64,000 nt of DNA from an uncultured archaeon (GCA_964558645.1 CAZLEV010000007.1:1-64000), one strand, 5' to 3'. Shown: positions 34,857 through 45,343, counted from the first letter of the stretch. A program made the numbers and translations. The notes: generated by a model not told the origin, from the sequence alone.

Positions 34857-36593
34857 TCACTTCCACGGACTAGAGGGTGTTCTGTCACCACCATAGAGCG
34901 ACTTAAGGACACTGAACCAGTACGATTTTTCGGACCTCACAGTTCCTATCGCGAAGTCGTCCCGATGAAATTCATCACTCAAGCGTTCCGATATAAAAGC
35001 GGCAGATAAAGGACCACGATAGAGCGGCACATTCAGTCGTGCAAAGAGGCACGAATTGGTATTATCCCGCGCTATTCGGGCAAAGGGCACGACGTTGAGG
35101 AGCCACGAGTTCAAGTCTTCAAGATTGCCTGCTGAATTGCAGCGAACTGCAAGCATGACTCGATCTCCAAGATAGCAGTATTCAGGGGCAGGATGCAGAA
35201 ACTGGGTTACATACTGATATTCTTCTATGTTCCTCAGTGACTGGTAAATACTGCTATTGGGCATTCCTGAACGATTCATGAGTTCGTATCTACTCCGTGA
35301 ACAGCCATTGTGCCCGACAAGGAGTCCGAGAAGGGTCAGGTCAGTCTGAGACGGCATGCGACCCGCAGGCTTCTTTGGAGTTTTCTTACGGATCCAGAGT
35401 GGGCTTGAGATTGCACCTTCAGATTCCCATGGGCTGAAGTCCCAGACGCCGCCTTCGTTTCCCTCTGAGGCTTGGGGCTTGAACATATCCATATGTATAG
35501 AACCTACTTCTTCTTGACCAGTAACAGTGAAGGTACTGTCTGGCAGGTCAGGAGGGTGACAGTCCATAGTTTCCAGATAGAGCTGTGCGATGAGGTAGTC
35601 ACTGTCAGCAAGCTCGATGATCTCAGCAAGGCCTGTGTTCCATATGATTGGCCGTGCTGCCTCCGAGAACACGATGCGATATCTGAGTCCGAGCGTTTGC
35701 AGGTTCAGCATAAAGGTCTCAGAGATGAAGGTCTCCATTTCTCGCAAGTTTCGATGTGCCATAGAGCGGCTCTTGTTTAGGGCTTCTTCTACCAAACCAG
35801 TGGTCAGGTTGACAACCCCTTTGATTCTATTGACATATGCGCAGAGCTTGACAAGTTCCTGGTTCAGAAGTCCCTTCAACGAGCGAGAGGCAATGCCCAC
35901 CGCAAAGTCATTCTCCCAGTCCATTAATCCTGACAAAGGATAGAAGGCTACAGGCTCTCTTACAGCCCAGCTATTGGCATTTCTCGCGGACGTTAACAGC
36001 GAAGTCCAGCTAATGCGCCTACCAGTCGCACGGGCCATGAGAGCAACATTGATCAACGAGCGGGTCAGAGGATCAAGGCCATGGGCATCGATTATCTTCT
36101 GAACGTAGTAGGGAAGTCCCATGACAGTTCTTGCCATTGTGTAGCAGAGAGACCTTCTGAGTCTAGTCTCATCCAAGACGAGTGAGTCCTCGTCATCTGG
36201 GATTGACGCGGCTGAATCAATGGACTGGAGGTACATATGTACTGTCGGCAGCAAGCTCTCCTTTGCCTCTCTCAGGGTCCTATCCACATAGAGTATCCGC
36301 GATTCTACGAGGCGTGGATCCAAGACGAAACGGTCCAAAGGAAGAATGCCACACATCTGAAGCCATAGATTCGGCGCTGTAAGGACTCTCTCATACTCCT
36401 CGGTCTGTCCAAGATGTCGCACTATAGTATCCCATTCTACAGGTTCATCTGGGAGGGTTTCCAATCCTGCTGAGGCTTCAAACCTCTCGTAGGTGAATGA
36501 TGGGTCGGTACGCTCGGCAAGCTGAGCAACCACTCTGTAGTCGGGAATCTCTCTCCGCATATTCTCGGTCCATCGCACGCTTGTAAGGTCCAT
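34857..36593 (-). CDS. Large hypothetical protein with putative tandem wHTH + ferredoxin-like (Lrp/AsnC-type) modules
   Basis: HTH-like 'LVEEALNKSRSMAHRNLREM...LNLQTLGLRYRIVF' and 'SQTDLTLLGLL...YELMNRSGMPNSSIYQSLRNI'; C-terminus organised like the 16605 protein. Confidence 0.62.
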   Translation of the reverse strand: MDLTSVRWTENMRREIPDYRVVAQLAERTDPSFTYERFEASAGLETLPDEPVEWDTIVRHLGQTEEYERVLTAPNLWLQMCGILPLDRFVLDPRLVESRILYVDRTLREAKESLLPTVHMYLQSIDSAASIPDDEDSLVLDETRLRRSLCYTMARTVMGLPYYVQKIIDAHGLDPLTRSLINVALMARATGRRISWTSLLTSARNANSWAVREPVAFYPLSGLMDWENDFAVGIASRSLKGLLNQELVKLCAYVNRIKGVVNLTTGLVEEALNKSRSMAHRNLREMETFISETFMLNLQTLGLRYRIVFSEAARPIIWNTGLAEIIELADSDYLIAQLYLETMDCHPPDLPDSTFTVTGQEEVGSIHMDMFKPQASEGNEGGVWDFSPWESEGAISSPLWIRKKTPKKPAGRMPSQTDLTLLGLLVGHNGCSRSRYELMNRSGMPNSSIYQSLRNIEEYQYVTQFLHPAPEYCYLGDRVMLAVRCNSAGNLEDLNSWLLNVVPFARIARDNTNSCLFARLNVPLYRGPLSAAFISERLSDEFHRDDFAIGTVRSEKSYWFSVLKSLYGGDRTPSSPWK

Positions 36594-36622
36594 TCTCTCA
36601 CACCCGTCTTAATCGCTCCCTC

Positions 36623-36711
36623 TTGTATATACATTTGTCCAATCCGTGATCATAGGGGGTGCTGATAATAGTTATTGTGCATTGTAGGAATGTGTCATGG
36701 CTTAACAGTTA
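36623..36711 (-). promoter_or_regulatory. Composite motif copy C: core TTGGACAAATGTATATACAA on the minus strand (36642-36623), with TAACTGTTA at the conserved distance
   Basis: Core ends about 30 nt upstream of ATG 36593; 18/20 identical to copy A. Confidence 0.6.
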
Positions 36712-36751
36712 CCATAACGTTTTCTACATTCCCATAATAACCAGAGAAGCC

Positions 36752-36776
36752 GTCAGATGCTCGCTTTACATCTGAC
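36752..36776. repeat. Perfect 8-bp inverted repeat GTCAGATG-N9-CATCTGAC
   Basis: Read directly in the divergent intergenic region, about 50 nt upstream of 36827; operator or hairpin. Confidence 0.4.
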
Positions 36777-36826
36777 CGATATCTTATCTATTTTGCAGCT
36801 CTATTCATACCGTACACTGACATAGG

Positions 36827-37438
36827 ATGGCGAACAAAGAAATGGATGACCTAACATCGCTCATCGTTGGTAATCTCCTATTCTCGGTGATGATTACTCC
36901 CACCGTAGTATTGATAGTTGGCATCTTGCGAGGTCTGGTGCTTCTGACGGGACAGAAACGGGAATTCGAGGATTGGACCCGAAATCCTCTGCTCACAATC
37001 TTGAGCATAGTATTTCTGCCAGGCAGTGTCGTGTTTGTGACCCTCAGATACATCATTGCCAAGATCGGAGGAATCGATGTGGAGGATGTGAGCGGATCCG
37101 CCACGTATGGGGAACTGGATCTTTTTCTTCGGATTGAAAAACCACCACGAGTGGGTGTTGTATTAACCGCCTTGTATGTGACAATCGTTGCCAGTGTCTT
37201 CACAGCCATGGCACTCATCACCATCCCGGTCTTGTATCTACTCTCAGAACCCCCGCTTGTCATCATCTGTTGGTATGTGGCCGTCAGCATCTTGTTCAAT
37301 ACGAGTGTTCGAAGTGGGGATATATCCATAGTAGTAGCATCACTCAAGCGCCATCCCCGTTCAGGTACGGTGGAACTCATTGTTGTTCTGAGTGTGCTCG
37401 TCATACTATACACACAGGTATTTGGGGTGATTGTGTGA
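36827..37438 (+). CDS. Hypothetical polytopic membrane protein
   Basis: About 5 hydrophobic helices; translationally coupled (GTGA) to the giant surface protein. Confidence 0.72.
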   Translation: MANKEMDDLTSLIVGNLLFSVMITPTVVLIVGILRGLVLLTGQKREFEDWTRNPLLTILSIVFLPGSVVFVTLRYIIAKIGGIDVEDVSGSATYGELDLFLRIEKPPRVGVVLTALYVTIVASVFTAMALITIPVLYLLSEPPLVIICWYVAVSILFNTSVRSGDISIVVASLKRHPRSGTVELIVVLSVLVILYTQVFGVIV

Positions 37439-40400
37439 AACGCATAGTACTCTGCCTGGTTCTTCTGCTGTTCTTGGTTCCGATTTCCAACCCAGATGAA
37501 GGAGTGAGTCGAGAGGGCTTCTCTCCTCGGTTGAGGGAGACCTCCTTATCGGAGAGCAGTGGGAGTCTGGGAATCATCCTTGTGATATCTCTTGACGGGG
37601 GTGCAATACCGAATTATGGTAATGAGGTTGCGCAGTTACTTAGAGAACGTGGCATTATGGCGGCTGAGTCCACTGTCTCTGACGTCATCACCGACCCGAC
37701 CCTTCTTAGCGGATCCCTTGTCATTCTTGATGGTTCTCTTGGATCAGAGAACGGAACACTGGTTACGGACACATTCGTCACCCTCCTCCGTAGGCTCCAC
37801 GTCCCCTGTGTCACCCTCGGAAGAGCTGCATGGCTTCATTCTCGTATCAGAGAGTCCGAAAGCGCGTCTGTGACAGCACTACTCCATACGACTCTTGAGG
37901 CATCTTCCGATCATAGCAGCGCGGTCTTCCTATCAAGCCCTGACTCGCTCTCTCTTGGAGCGACCTTGACTTGGGAGAGCGTGACTCTTCCGGTTCTTGA
38001 CGTGCAAGCAGCACAAGGACGTGTGGTCAACCTGACTGCAGGGACTAGCTCCGGCATCGCCCCCCTTCGATACGAGTCATATCCCTTAGACCTGTTTCTG
38101 TTCGGACCTGAGAACCCCGACCACTGGACAGAGGACGGTATTGGTCTACTCGTTAACACTGTTGCCTATGCGCTCTCCTTAGGAGAGTCTGAAGTAGCCT
38201 TGGCTTTGGCGTCCATGCAGGTGCTGGATGAACCTGTCACTGGAGGTTTTTGGTATCCCCACGAGCCCACCGTTTCTGGTGTCTACTATGCTGTGAGATC
38301 TGCATCTAGACTAAACACCACTTTTGGGGATTGGGCCTCAGAGAGAGCAGCCAAGGTGACATCTATTCTGGAACGCTTCAGAGAGAACTATGACCTCGAG
38401 ACAGGGTTCCGCGACTCGTACGACAAGACGGTATCGCTCAGTGCAACTAGCATGGCATTGTGGGTCATCTCAATCATGGGTATCGAGTCACAGTTCGACC
38501 TGCCTGAGATTGTGACATATATCACTAGTAGACAGGATGTTGGTGGCGGATTCCAAGACAGTGTGCTCAAAACGCATCTTGCAGTTGAAGCATTGAACTG
38601 GTCTGGCCACCTATCCAGCATCAATACTGTAGCACTTGGGACCTGGCTCCGCGCCTGTGTGGTATCAGGCTCTGACACATCTAATCCTGACTATTGGGGC
38701 GGGGTGGCCCTGAACCCCGATAGCGCTGTACCTAAGACTGAATATGCAAGAGCATACCTGCTCTCATTGGCATGTTTGGGTGGGGTTCATGATGATCCGG
38801 TGAAACTCACTTACTGGATTCAGACACGGGTGAGTCGAGGTGATGGGTCGTACAGCAACGTCGTTGGGGGCGATGTCGAGATACTAAAGGGAACAACATC
38901 TGCCCTGACAACAATGGCAATCCTGGACACACTGGACACTGAGAACAAGACCGAAGGGCTTGGTTGGTTAGCCGCCAATCAGCTGGATTGTGGCGGTTTT
39001 GGAATATCTGATGCCGCCTCCGACATCATCGGAAAGTCCGCAGAAACCGCTATGGTAGCTAGCTGTCTGTACCAGCTTGAAGAAGAGACTTCCGGCACAG
39101 CATCAAGAATCCCTGGCTACCTAAAGACCATTGAAACTGAGAACGGTTTCGAACTTCTCGATCGCGTTCCCAGCGGCATGTGGTCTTATTGGACGAGCCG
39201 TGGTCTTATGCACATTGACTCAGGGATATCAAGCATCTCAGCACTATATGACTACGCATCGTTGCTCTCAGGGCAAATATATCCTGGTTGGAACAACATC
39301 ACAGCCATCTCATCGCCGGAGTATGACTTCTATCAATATCGCCAACAGAGCGTCTGGACCCACTACTTCAAGGCCGGAACGGCACAAGCCATCGGCTATC
39401 CGCTTTTGGGTTCCGAGAAGTCGGAGATTGCCAACTACATTGTGAACTGCCAGCACTTCTCAGGTCACTTTCGGCCAACAAGCTTCTCGGGAACGGCACA
39501 CATGGAACACTCTGTTGCCGCAGTTGAAACTTTGGATATCATCGGCGCTCTCGATTCTGTCACATATCTTACGGCCCTTGAAAATGCCATCATGGATGAG
39601 TACGAATCCGGCTCATGGGCAACAACAGGATGGAGTCTTCGCCCCTTCGCGATGCAACAGGAGGCTATCGATTATCTCTCAACTCGAGCCGCACTGCGAC
39701 TGCAGCTTGTTGATGAGGCCATGGCCTCCGAGATTCATTCTACCATTAGCGCTCGAGTACAGTACGAAGACCTTTGGGCTCTCAGTAGAGATGTCGCAAG
39801 TGTTTCTCTCCTAGTCGCATCTGGACTCCTCTCTTTCTCCGACTTCAGTGTTTTTGACACTGATCTGGTGCTGGGAGCCCTCTCGTCGAACTTCGAAAGC
39901 GGATGGTTGAATGCCACAACTGAATGGCAACCGGCATTTACTGCAGACGTTCTGGAGATGGTCAGTATACTCGGTCTTGAGAGCCGCTGGCTGCAACCCG
40001 CTGGGGGGTCCTTTAGTGTTTCTTGTCCTTCAACAGTCGAGTTGGGGGAGCATCTGGAGATTACGCTGTCCATCTCGCCAACGGCCTCTGAGCACACAGT
40101 CATTGTCGATGCCTTCGGTAGCATGAATCAGTATCTTGTGGAAAGCGTCGATACCCTTTCTATCAATGTGCCATCTGACGCTGGTTCTCTCGGCATCTGG
40201 AACATCTCATTGGCTCTGTGGGATCAATTTGTTACACGCGATTTTGCTCGGCTGGCGGTGAATGTCACGAGTTCTCTATCGGGGCAGTTGACCTTACCGG
40301 AAACAAACTACTTAGTCGGCGACTCAATCAATGGAACAGTTTCGTGGACATTGGTTACCGGTGCTGATGCTGGCCAGTGTGATGTAATAATCAGACTTGG

Positions 40401-43400
40401 AGATCCACCTGTTTACGAGCAGTGGACTCACACGCGCGAGAGTCCCATGGATTTCTCGATTCCCACCACAGGTATCGGGGCTGGCGATCACAACCTTACA
40501 GTGACCGTGAGAAGAGAGTTCTGTACTGACCTTGTATTTCAGAGGGTCGTTTCAGTTGCAGAGGGTATTGAGACTTATATCGACCATTTGGACCATAAGA
40601 CCGGCGAGGTTGGCACACAGCTCTCCATTTCATTCGACCTCCGTTTCTCTTCTAATGACACCGAGATTGTAGGCCAGCTGGTTACGATCGAAATTACCGA
40701 CTCAGAGGACGGAGTTGTCCACACAGACGGTCTTACCACTGCTGCTGGTACAGAGCAGTTCTTGTGGACACCTGATGAAAGGGGCAATTATTCCTATGTG
40801 CTAAGCTTCGAAAGAAACGGCACTCTGATGTCCTCTTCATCACAAGGTGAGATTCGTGTCGAACAGGCCACAGAGCTCTACTGGATTGGTTCTGACACCC
40901 AGACTCAATACGAAACTGCTACTTTCATTCTTCTTCTCACCACTGACAACGGAGAACCTCTCACAGGAATGGATCTGGACATCACAATCGATGACCCCCT
41001 TGGAAGTCGAGTCATGGACATCATGCTGACCACAAACGCCACTGGGCATGCAGAGGTTCAACTGAGCCTCGATCTAAATGGGAATTACACGCTCTGTGCG
41101 TTATTCTCAGGTTCATCCCTTCTGCAGCCCACCTCTGCCCTGACAGAGGTCATCTCCTTCAGCCTCACACGCCTCTCTCTGGATGGTATACCCTCAGCGA
41201 GTCTTGTGGAGGAACCCATGCAGATCGACCTGCTTCTGTGCGACTCCAATGGGACTCCAATACAGGGAGAAAACGTCGTCCTGCGAATCGTCTTGTTACC
41301 GTCGACTACACTGCTGGAGGAGATTCTGGTGACTGATACCAGTGGTCAGGTATCGTGGTATTGGTCACCACCTTCACCAGGAACCTACGAGGTATCGGCT
41401 GAGTATGCTGGAACGCAGAGCCTTGCTCCCTCTTACAACGTGACCTCGACAGATGCTTACATCTCTGTGAGCTTGGCGGTTGATGTGCCGTATGCGGAAG
41501 TTGGAGAGTCAAGCACTGTGACCGTGACTGCGGTAGACCATCAGGGCCAACCCATATCGGGACTCGCAATTCGTATCGCCCTCTATGATCCCCTAGGGTC
41601 ACCAGAACTAGTGGTCGAAGACGTCACAGAGGACGGCGCCTTCGCAGTAGTCTGGACTCCTCTGTCGCGAGGCCAATATCAGATTCATGTCAATAGCTCT
41701 CGACAGGATGTATACGAAGCTGCAACGGTCTCAGAACCAATCAGCGTGTTCGAACAGACGACCCTGACGCTGAGTTGGGCATCTGACTTGCTTGCGATAG
41801 CCCCCAACATCCTCACTGTGACTATATCTGACACCCGCAACATTGGAGTATCTGGAGTCCAGTTCCAGGTTCTTGTCAGTATTGCATCGAATACCCTCCT
41901 TGACAGCACAAACACCACGGACATCAATGGACAGGTAATCTTTGACATTGTTCTTGATAATGTCGGTGATATCTCCATAGTTGTTATTGTCGATGACCAA
42001 GGCTTTGTGCTTGGTCTGAATTATGAAAACCACAGCACTGTTCTGGGACTGACAGACCTGACCCTAGCCACAAGTCCGACACCGATAACGCAGTGTTCGA
42101 GTCTTGGCATTCAGGCAACACTGCTTGACTGGAATGGTCAGCCAATCCTAGGTGCAGCAGTCCGTTTCACTGTTACCCACCCCAACGGCACAATCGTTAG
42201 GAACACCACACGAACCACAGGTACCGGTGGTGCTTGCAGCATTGCCCACACCTTCGAATCGGTGGGCGACTATCTTGTCGGCGCCTCCTATGCCGGAGAG
42301 GGACTAAATGCAGGGGACGCAGTAACCAACGTTCAGCGTGTGCGCGTAACTCCAGACCTTCTACTGCTCCATGACACAACAGCCCATCTCGGAGAAGCCT
42401 TTGCCATCCATGTCGGTCTTCTGGATGCCTCTGGGGCTTATATCGCCGGGAGGGACCTAGCAATCAGTATCTCATTGGCCGGAGAGGTTGTCTTTGAGGC
42501 CGGTCGAGTTTCGAGCGATGGGCTGTTGACCTTATCTTGGACTCCTGATTTCAGAGGCAGTGCAATCGTCGCACTCACTCATGCAGGTGATGTCTACTAC
42601 CTCTACAACTCCACCAGCTCTACTACATCTGTGATGGAGACCGTGTCAGGTTCCCTTGGTACATCAAGATCGACGATGAACCTCTTCGACACCATCACAC
42701 TGCATTACTTCCTTTCTGCTCAGGCCCCGGAGGGTATCACTATCACTTTCGAAGTCCTTGGTACAGACCTTGTGCCCGTCTGGTCGGAAACTGCAACAAC
42801 AAATGCCACGGGCTATACTGAAGTGTCGTATACAGCGCAAGAGAATCATGGATTCTTCACAGTTCGCGCTACCCCCTCTGACGATTTCATGCTCGGCGGA
42901 GCAAGCCAATCTTCCATCGCTGTGATGACAGAGGGTGTTCTATCCGTTGATACCGTGAGCCCACCTCCGGTTGTGACGAGCGAAGTCAACATGACCATAT
43001 CTATTGAGAACAAACTTGGTTTGCCAGTTTCGGATATCAGTGTAAGAGTCACAGTTACAGATCCCTATGGTGTATTGTTGAAGTTGGGGTCCTATTACAA
43101 CTGGATTTCAGTACCAATAGGTGAGGGAGGCGGCACTTTTGTGTTCAGTCCCCAGCACGCTGGTCTCCACGAGATAGGGATTTCTTATGAAGGCTCGAAT
43201 ACTGTCTATGAGTTCGACGAGAGCAGGGACCTGATAGTCTATGCTGCAACGCAACTCACTGTTGTTGAACACTCGGCAGAACTTGAGGTAGGCGAGGTCT
43301 TTGACACAATTCTCCAGCTTGTTGACTATGCTGGACATCCACTTGTGGGCAAGGAGGTGGCAGCCGAACTACACGGATTAGAAAGGAGCTACTTCGTGGT

Positions 43401-45174
43401 TCTCACGACAAACGAGACTGGCCATGTTACGTGGAGCAAGCAATTGACCAGCCAGGGGGTCTGGACCCTCGATGCCACCTTTGCGGGACTCGGTGTGTAT
43501 CTTTCTTCAGATGTCGAGGCCGATGTGAATGTCCGTTACGGTACTGAGATAACCGTAACCTGGGACGGGGCAGAGGTTGTCGCGGGTCTCGTTCCACTCA
43601 ACGTATCCGTCCTTCTTTCCGATTCTGGCGGCAATCCACTTGAGGGACGCACTATTCGATACGAAGTATATCATGTGACCGGCGGCCTTGTGGACTCGGG
43701 ATCTGTGATCCAGCATTCAGTTGAAGCCGAAACCATAATCATCTTAATTGAGAGGATTGGCCTCTACACGGTCATTTTTCACTTCGCAGGAACAGAGCAC
43801 TATCATCCGAGTAGCACCGGAATAGATGACCTGTTTGTGCTAGGTCAGGCCAATCCCCATTGCGAAGCACCGCAGACGATTGACCGTGCTGAGAATGAGA
43901 ACATCTCCATTACGATCATGGACGAGGTAGGCGAGGAGCTCAATGCCTCACTCCTCGATTCCAGCATAGAACTGATTGGACCAGATGGCGAATTGAGCCT
44001 GCAGGAGCGTTTATCCTGTAATGGCTCATTCCTTATCACCCTCCAAGGGCTTCCTGTTGGCAACTACACATTGAGTGTGATTGTCCATAACTCCTTGACT
44101 CGAGTTGGTAACAGCGCTTCACTGACTCTTGCAATCACTTCGGAATCGCTCTTGCAACTTATTGATACGGATGCGAATGGAATAGTGAACAACCAGCAGA
44201 TGCTTAGGATCCTCCTGGAAGATTCCATGCATGAGGCAATCAATGGACCTGTCTGGATCAGCGTGTACGACCCAGATGGTGATGAGGTCTATGGTGGGTT
44301 CATGCGCACAAGGACACGGATTGAGCTGAACGATGGTCAGGCCACCCTATCATTCACACCTCGCTCAGTCGGAAACTACTCCATTTTGTTGGAGTACGAA
44401 GGTGAGTTGTTTGTCAGCGGAGCATTGCTCTCTTTTGACTTGCTCATACGCCATGAAAGCTCCCTTGATGTTGTTTTGCCGCAGCGTGTAACGTACATAC
44501 AGGGCGGGACTATTTCTGTGCACGTCCGAGCAGGATTGAAGGATGTTGCCAACGAACTGGTGACAGTCAGGTTCCTGTGTGATAGTTCGCTAGTGAGGAG
44601 CAATTCGTTCGAGACGAACAGGAGGGGGCAGATACAGGTTCCCATTGAACTCCTTCCTGCAGCAGCATACTCCGTAGAGATTCTGTACGGCGGTTCCGAC
44701 CGCAACGCTCCTGTCCAGTTCAACGGAAGCGTTGTGATAGAACCCGTTGTCACCATGGCTCTGCAAAACACCAATCCTCCTGATGTTGGATACAATTGGA
44801 GTGGAGAAGTGGTTACTCTCGTCGAAGGAACAACACCTGACTGGAAGGGAACCCTCAGAGTGACCCTCTATGGCCCAGATGGGGGATGCCTGAAAGACTG
44901 GACTGCCTTAGTGAGCTCATCATCAACACTCGACCTATGGTTTCAGTTTGAGTCGGAGGGTCCGCACATCTTGAATATCACATTGCAGGGGGTGCCGGTT
45001 CTTTTCAATATCAGCAGGGCTTTCGTTGTTGCTGTGAGCTCTCCTTCCTTCAAAATTCCAATGGATGCCTCTACAATGCCTGTCATAGGTGGTGGAGCAA
45101 TAATGGGTCTTGTAGCCCTTATAGTCAAGAAACGGCTTGCGTCTCTATCTCTGCCTGGAGAATGGGATGGGTAG
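37435..45174 (+). CDS. Giant cell-surface protein: prenyltransferase/squalene-cyclase-like alpha/alpha repeats, long Ig-like stalk, C-terminal TM anchor
   Basis: Signal-like MKRIVLCLVLLLFLVP from GTG 37435 (GGGGTGA SD); QW-like repeats (YITSRQDVGGGF, WLAANQLDCGGFG, YIVNCQHFSGHF); about 100-aa 'T(N/D)..G.......G.Y...A.(Y/F).G' repeats; TM + KKR. Confidence 0.8.
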   Translation: MKRIVLCLVLLLFLVPISNPDEGVSREGFSPRLRETSLSESSGSLGIILVISLDGGAIPNYGNEVAQLLRERGIMAAESTVSDVITDPTLLSGSLVILDGSLGSENGTLVTDTFVTLLRRLHVPCVTLGRAAWLHSRIRESESASVTALLHTTLEASSDHSSAVFLSSPDSLSLGATLTWESVTLPVLDVQAAQGRVVNLTAGTSSGIAPLRYESYPLDLFLFGPENPDHWTEDGIGLLVNTVAYALSLGESEVALALASMQVLDEPVTGGFWYPHEPTVSGVYYAVRSASRLNTTFGDWASERAAKVTSILERFRENYDLETGFRDSYDKTVSLSATSMALWVISIMGIESQFDLPEIVTYITSRQDVGGGFQDSVLKTHLAVEALNWSGHLSSINTVALGTWLRACVVSGSDTSNPDYWGGVALNPDSAVPKTEYARAYLLSLACLGGVHDDPVKLTYWIQTRVSRGDGSYSNVVGGDVEILKGTTSALTTMAILDTLDTENKTEGLGWLAANQLDCGGFGISDAASDIIGKSAETAMVASCLYQLEEETSGTASRIPGYLKTIETENGFELLDRVPSGMWSYWTSRGLMHIDSGISSISALYDYASLLSGQIYPGWNNITAISSPEYDFYQYRQQSVWTHYFKAGTAQAIGYPLLGSEKSEIANYIVNCQHFSGHFRPTSFSGTAHMEHSVAAVETLDIIGALDSVTYLTALENAIMDEYESGSWATTGWSLRPFAMQQEAIDYLSTRAALRLQLVDEAMASEIHSTISARVQYEDLWALSRDVASVSLLVASGLLSFSDFSVFDTDLVLGALSSNFESGWLNATTEWQPAFTADVLEMVSILGLESRWLQPAGGSFSVSCPSTVELGEHLEITLSISPTASEHTVIVDAFGSMNQYLVESVDTLSINVPSDAGSLGIWNISLALWDQFVTRDFARLAVNVTSSLSGQLTLPETNYLVGDSINGTVSWTLVTGADAGQCDVIIRLGDPPVYEQWTHTRESPMDFSIPTTGIGAGDHNLTVTVRREFCTDLVFQRVVSVAEGIETYIDHLDHKTGEVGTQLSISFDLRFSSNDTEIVGQLVTIEITDSEDGVVHTDGLTTAAGTEQFLWTPDERGNYSYVLSFERNGTLMSSSSQGEIRVEQATELYWIGSDTQTQYETATFILLLTTDNGEPLTGMDLDITIDDPLGSRVMDIMLTTNATGHAEVQLSLDLNGNYTLCALFSGSSLLQPTSALTEVISFSLTRLSLDGIPSASLVEEPMQIDLLLCDSNGTPIQGENVVLRIVLLPSTTLLEEILVTDTSGQVSWYWSPPSPGTYEVSAEYAGTQSLAPSYNVTSTDAYISVSLAVDVPYAEVGESSTVTVTAVDHQGQPISGLAIRIALYDPLGSPELVVEDVTEDGAFAVVWTPLSRGQYQIHVNSSRQDVYEAATVSEPISVFEQTTLTLSWASDLLAIAPNILTVTISDTRNIGVSGVQFQVLVSIASNTLLDSTNTTDINGQVIFDIVLDNVGDISIVVIVDDQGFVLGLNYENHSTVLGLTDLTLATSPTPITQCSSLGIQATLLDWNGQPILGAAVRFTVTHPNGTIVRNTTRTTGTGGACSIAHTFESVGDYLVGASYAGEGLNAGDAVTNVQRVRVTPDLLLLHDTTAHLGEAFAIHVGLLDASGAYIAGRDLAISISLAGEVVFEAGRVSSDGLLTLSWTPDFRGSAIVALTHAGDVYYLYNSTSSTTSVMETVSGSLGTSRSTMNLFDTITLHYFLSAQAPEGITITFEVLGTDLVPVWSETATTNATGYTEVSYTAQENHGFFTVRATPSDDFMLGGASQSSIAVMTEGVLSVDTVSPPPVVTSEVNMTISIENKLGLPVSDISVRVTVTDPYGVLLKLGSYYNWISVPIGEGGGTFVFSPQHAGLHEIGISYEGSNTVYEFDESRDLIVYAATQLTVVEHSAELEVGEVFDTILQLVDYAGHPLVGKEVAAELHGLERSYFVVLTTNETGHVTWSKQLTSQGVWTLDATFAGLGVYLSSDVEADVNVRYGTEITVTWDGAEVVAGLVPLNVSVLLSDSGGNPLEGRTIRYEVYHVTGGLVDSGSVIQHSVEAETIIILIERIGLYTVIFHFAGTEHYHPSSTGIDDLFVLGQANPHCEAPQTIDRAENENISITIMDEVGEELNASLLDSSIELIGPDGELSLQERLSCNGSFLITLQGLPVGNYTLSVIVHNSLTRVGNSASLTLAITSESLLQLIDTDANGIVNNQQMLRILLEDSMHEAINGPVWISVYDPDGDEVYGGFMRTRTRIELNDGQATLSFTPRSVGNYSILLEYEGELFVSGALLSFDLLIRHESSLDVVLPQRVTYIQGGTISVHVRAGLKDVANELVTVRFLCDSSLVRSNSFETNRRGQIQVPIELLPAAAYSVEILYGGSDRNAPVQFNGSVVIEPVVTMALQNTNPPDVGYNWSGEVVTLVEGTTPDWKGTLRVTLYGPDGGCLKDWTALVSSSSTLDLWFQFESEGPHILNITLQGVPVLFNISRAFVVAVSSPSFKIPMDASTMPVIGGGAIMGLVALIVKKRLASLSLPGEWDG

Positions 45175-45343
45175 CATAGAAAACTCTGCATGACTTGGAT
45201 GTGAGCATTTGTCTGCTGCAGCGTAGTCGTGGAGATGAACGCCCAAGAAAAGAAAATGGGATGGGCACCTCTCTCTGACGGAGGATACCCATCTTTGACC
45301 CTGTGAAACGATTTTGTGATTCACTGGTCATTCCTATAGTGGA

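Noticed and set aside
36623-36642. Resemblance of TGTATATACA to the E. coli LexA SOS box
   Set aside because: It lacks the CTG-N10-CAG frame, the conserved part (TTGGACAAA) is asymmetric, and no LexA-like gene is seen.
16421-36795. 8-bp direct repeat CTATTTTG at 16421 and 36788 as a target-site duplication of a 20-kb transposon or island
   Set aside because: An AT-rich 8-mer shared by two intergenic regions is plausible by chance. The enclosed ends are not inverted repeats, and no integrase, transposase or tRNA target is present.
37270-37434. Track start of the giant ORF at 37270
   Set aside because: It overlaps the upstream membrane gene; the signal peptide, SD and GTGA coupling support 37435.
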